A model generated the notes under the pieces. That model did no database searches, was not told where the DNA came from, and saw nothing but the letters and a program-made list of their open reading frames with translations. Below, one piece after another: positions 63,992 through 64,000 of a stretch of DNA of 64,000 nt. A program made the position numbers and the translations under genes. Where the stretch lies: the NCBI GenBank assembly GCA_028821235.1, contig JAPPGV010000089.1, positions 93,839 through 157,838 of the forward strand. The letters run 5' to 3'. Origin of the DNA: a bacterium (GTDB lineage: Bacteria; Actinomycetota; Acidimicrobiia; Spongiisociales; Spongiisociaceae). Within the stretch, counting starts at the first letter, position 1; every line of letters begins with the position of its first letter.

Positions 63992-64000
63992 GGCCTCGGA

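Noticed and set aside
1-64000. Search for CRISPR arrays, rRNA/tRNA genes, integrases, transposases or inverted-repeat-bounded mobile elements.
   Set aside because: Beyond those listed, no regularly spaced direct repeats, no ribosomal or tRNA-like structures, and no DDE/tyrosine-recombinase-like ORFs were found by eye. The only TA-type islet is hicAB.

Overview
This is a high-GC (about 68-70%), gene-dense window of actinobacterial type, with about 58 protein-coding genes; the actinobacterial assignment is an inference from a mycothione-reductase-like gene, an F420/LLM-class oxidoreductase, PspC-type sensor kinases and GTG/TTG starts with GGAGG-type SDs. I found no rRNA, tRNA, CRISPR array, integrase or transposase. 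Most six-frame ORFs in the supplied track are antisense or frame-shadow artefacts of the high GC, or carry spurious Arg/Pro-rich N-terminal extensions. I re-derived starts from internal Met/Val codons, SD motifs and ATGA/GTGA stop-start overlaps. The left half (1-25 kb) is one large catabolic supercluster. It starts with a TenA-like gene and two paralogous pairs of a large amidohydrolase plus an amidohydrolase-2. An amidase-signature enzyme, an SDR and a third TRZ/ATZ-type amidohydrolase follow. The centre is an unusual plus-strand operon: SucC-like ATP-grasp subunit, stand-alone 72-aa biotin carboxyl carrier, SucD-like subunit and an acyl-CoA carboxyltransferase (PccB/12S-like), with no biotin carboxylase. 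Convergent on it is an 11-gene translationally coupled minus-strand operon. That operon encodes Zn-ADH, ALDH, rhodanese, two M20 amidohydrolases, an M29/NicX-like protein, a split B12 acyl-CoA mutase (large and small subunits), a family III CoA-transferase, an LLM oxidoreductase and a methylmalonyl-CoA-epimerase-like VOC protein. An ~80-nt conserved sequence motif with a conserved GGCCCG/CGGGCC stem occurs twice in this cluster, each time 60-110 nt upstream of a catabolic gene; a possible third degenerate copy sits at 12107-12179. The right half contains the following: OsmC; an iron ABC permease and binding protein with no ATPase; a long low-GC non-coding stretch; a frameshifted hypothetical gene; an unusual PBP4(DacB)-LRR-3xSLH fusion protein; a HicAB toxin-antitoxin pair; a YeiH-family exporter; tandem duplicated EamA transporters; a nitroreductase; an esterase; a PspC-domain histidine kinase with LuxR response regulator and a PspC/LiaF-like protein (cell-envelope stress module); an acyl-CoA synthetase; a sugar/nucleoside utilisation operon (MDR dehydrogenase, FGGY kinase, DeoC-like aldolase, BMP-family ABC transporter); a B3/4-domain protein; ferritin; a DrrAB-like ABC-2 exporter; Ppx/GppA; sthA; mycothione reductase; and TadE-like pilus genes at the window edge.
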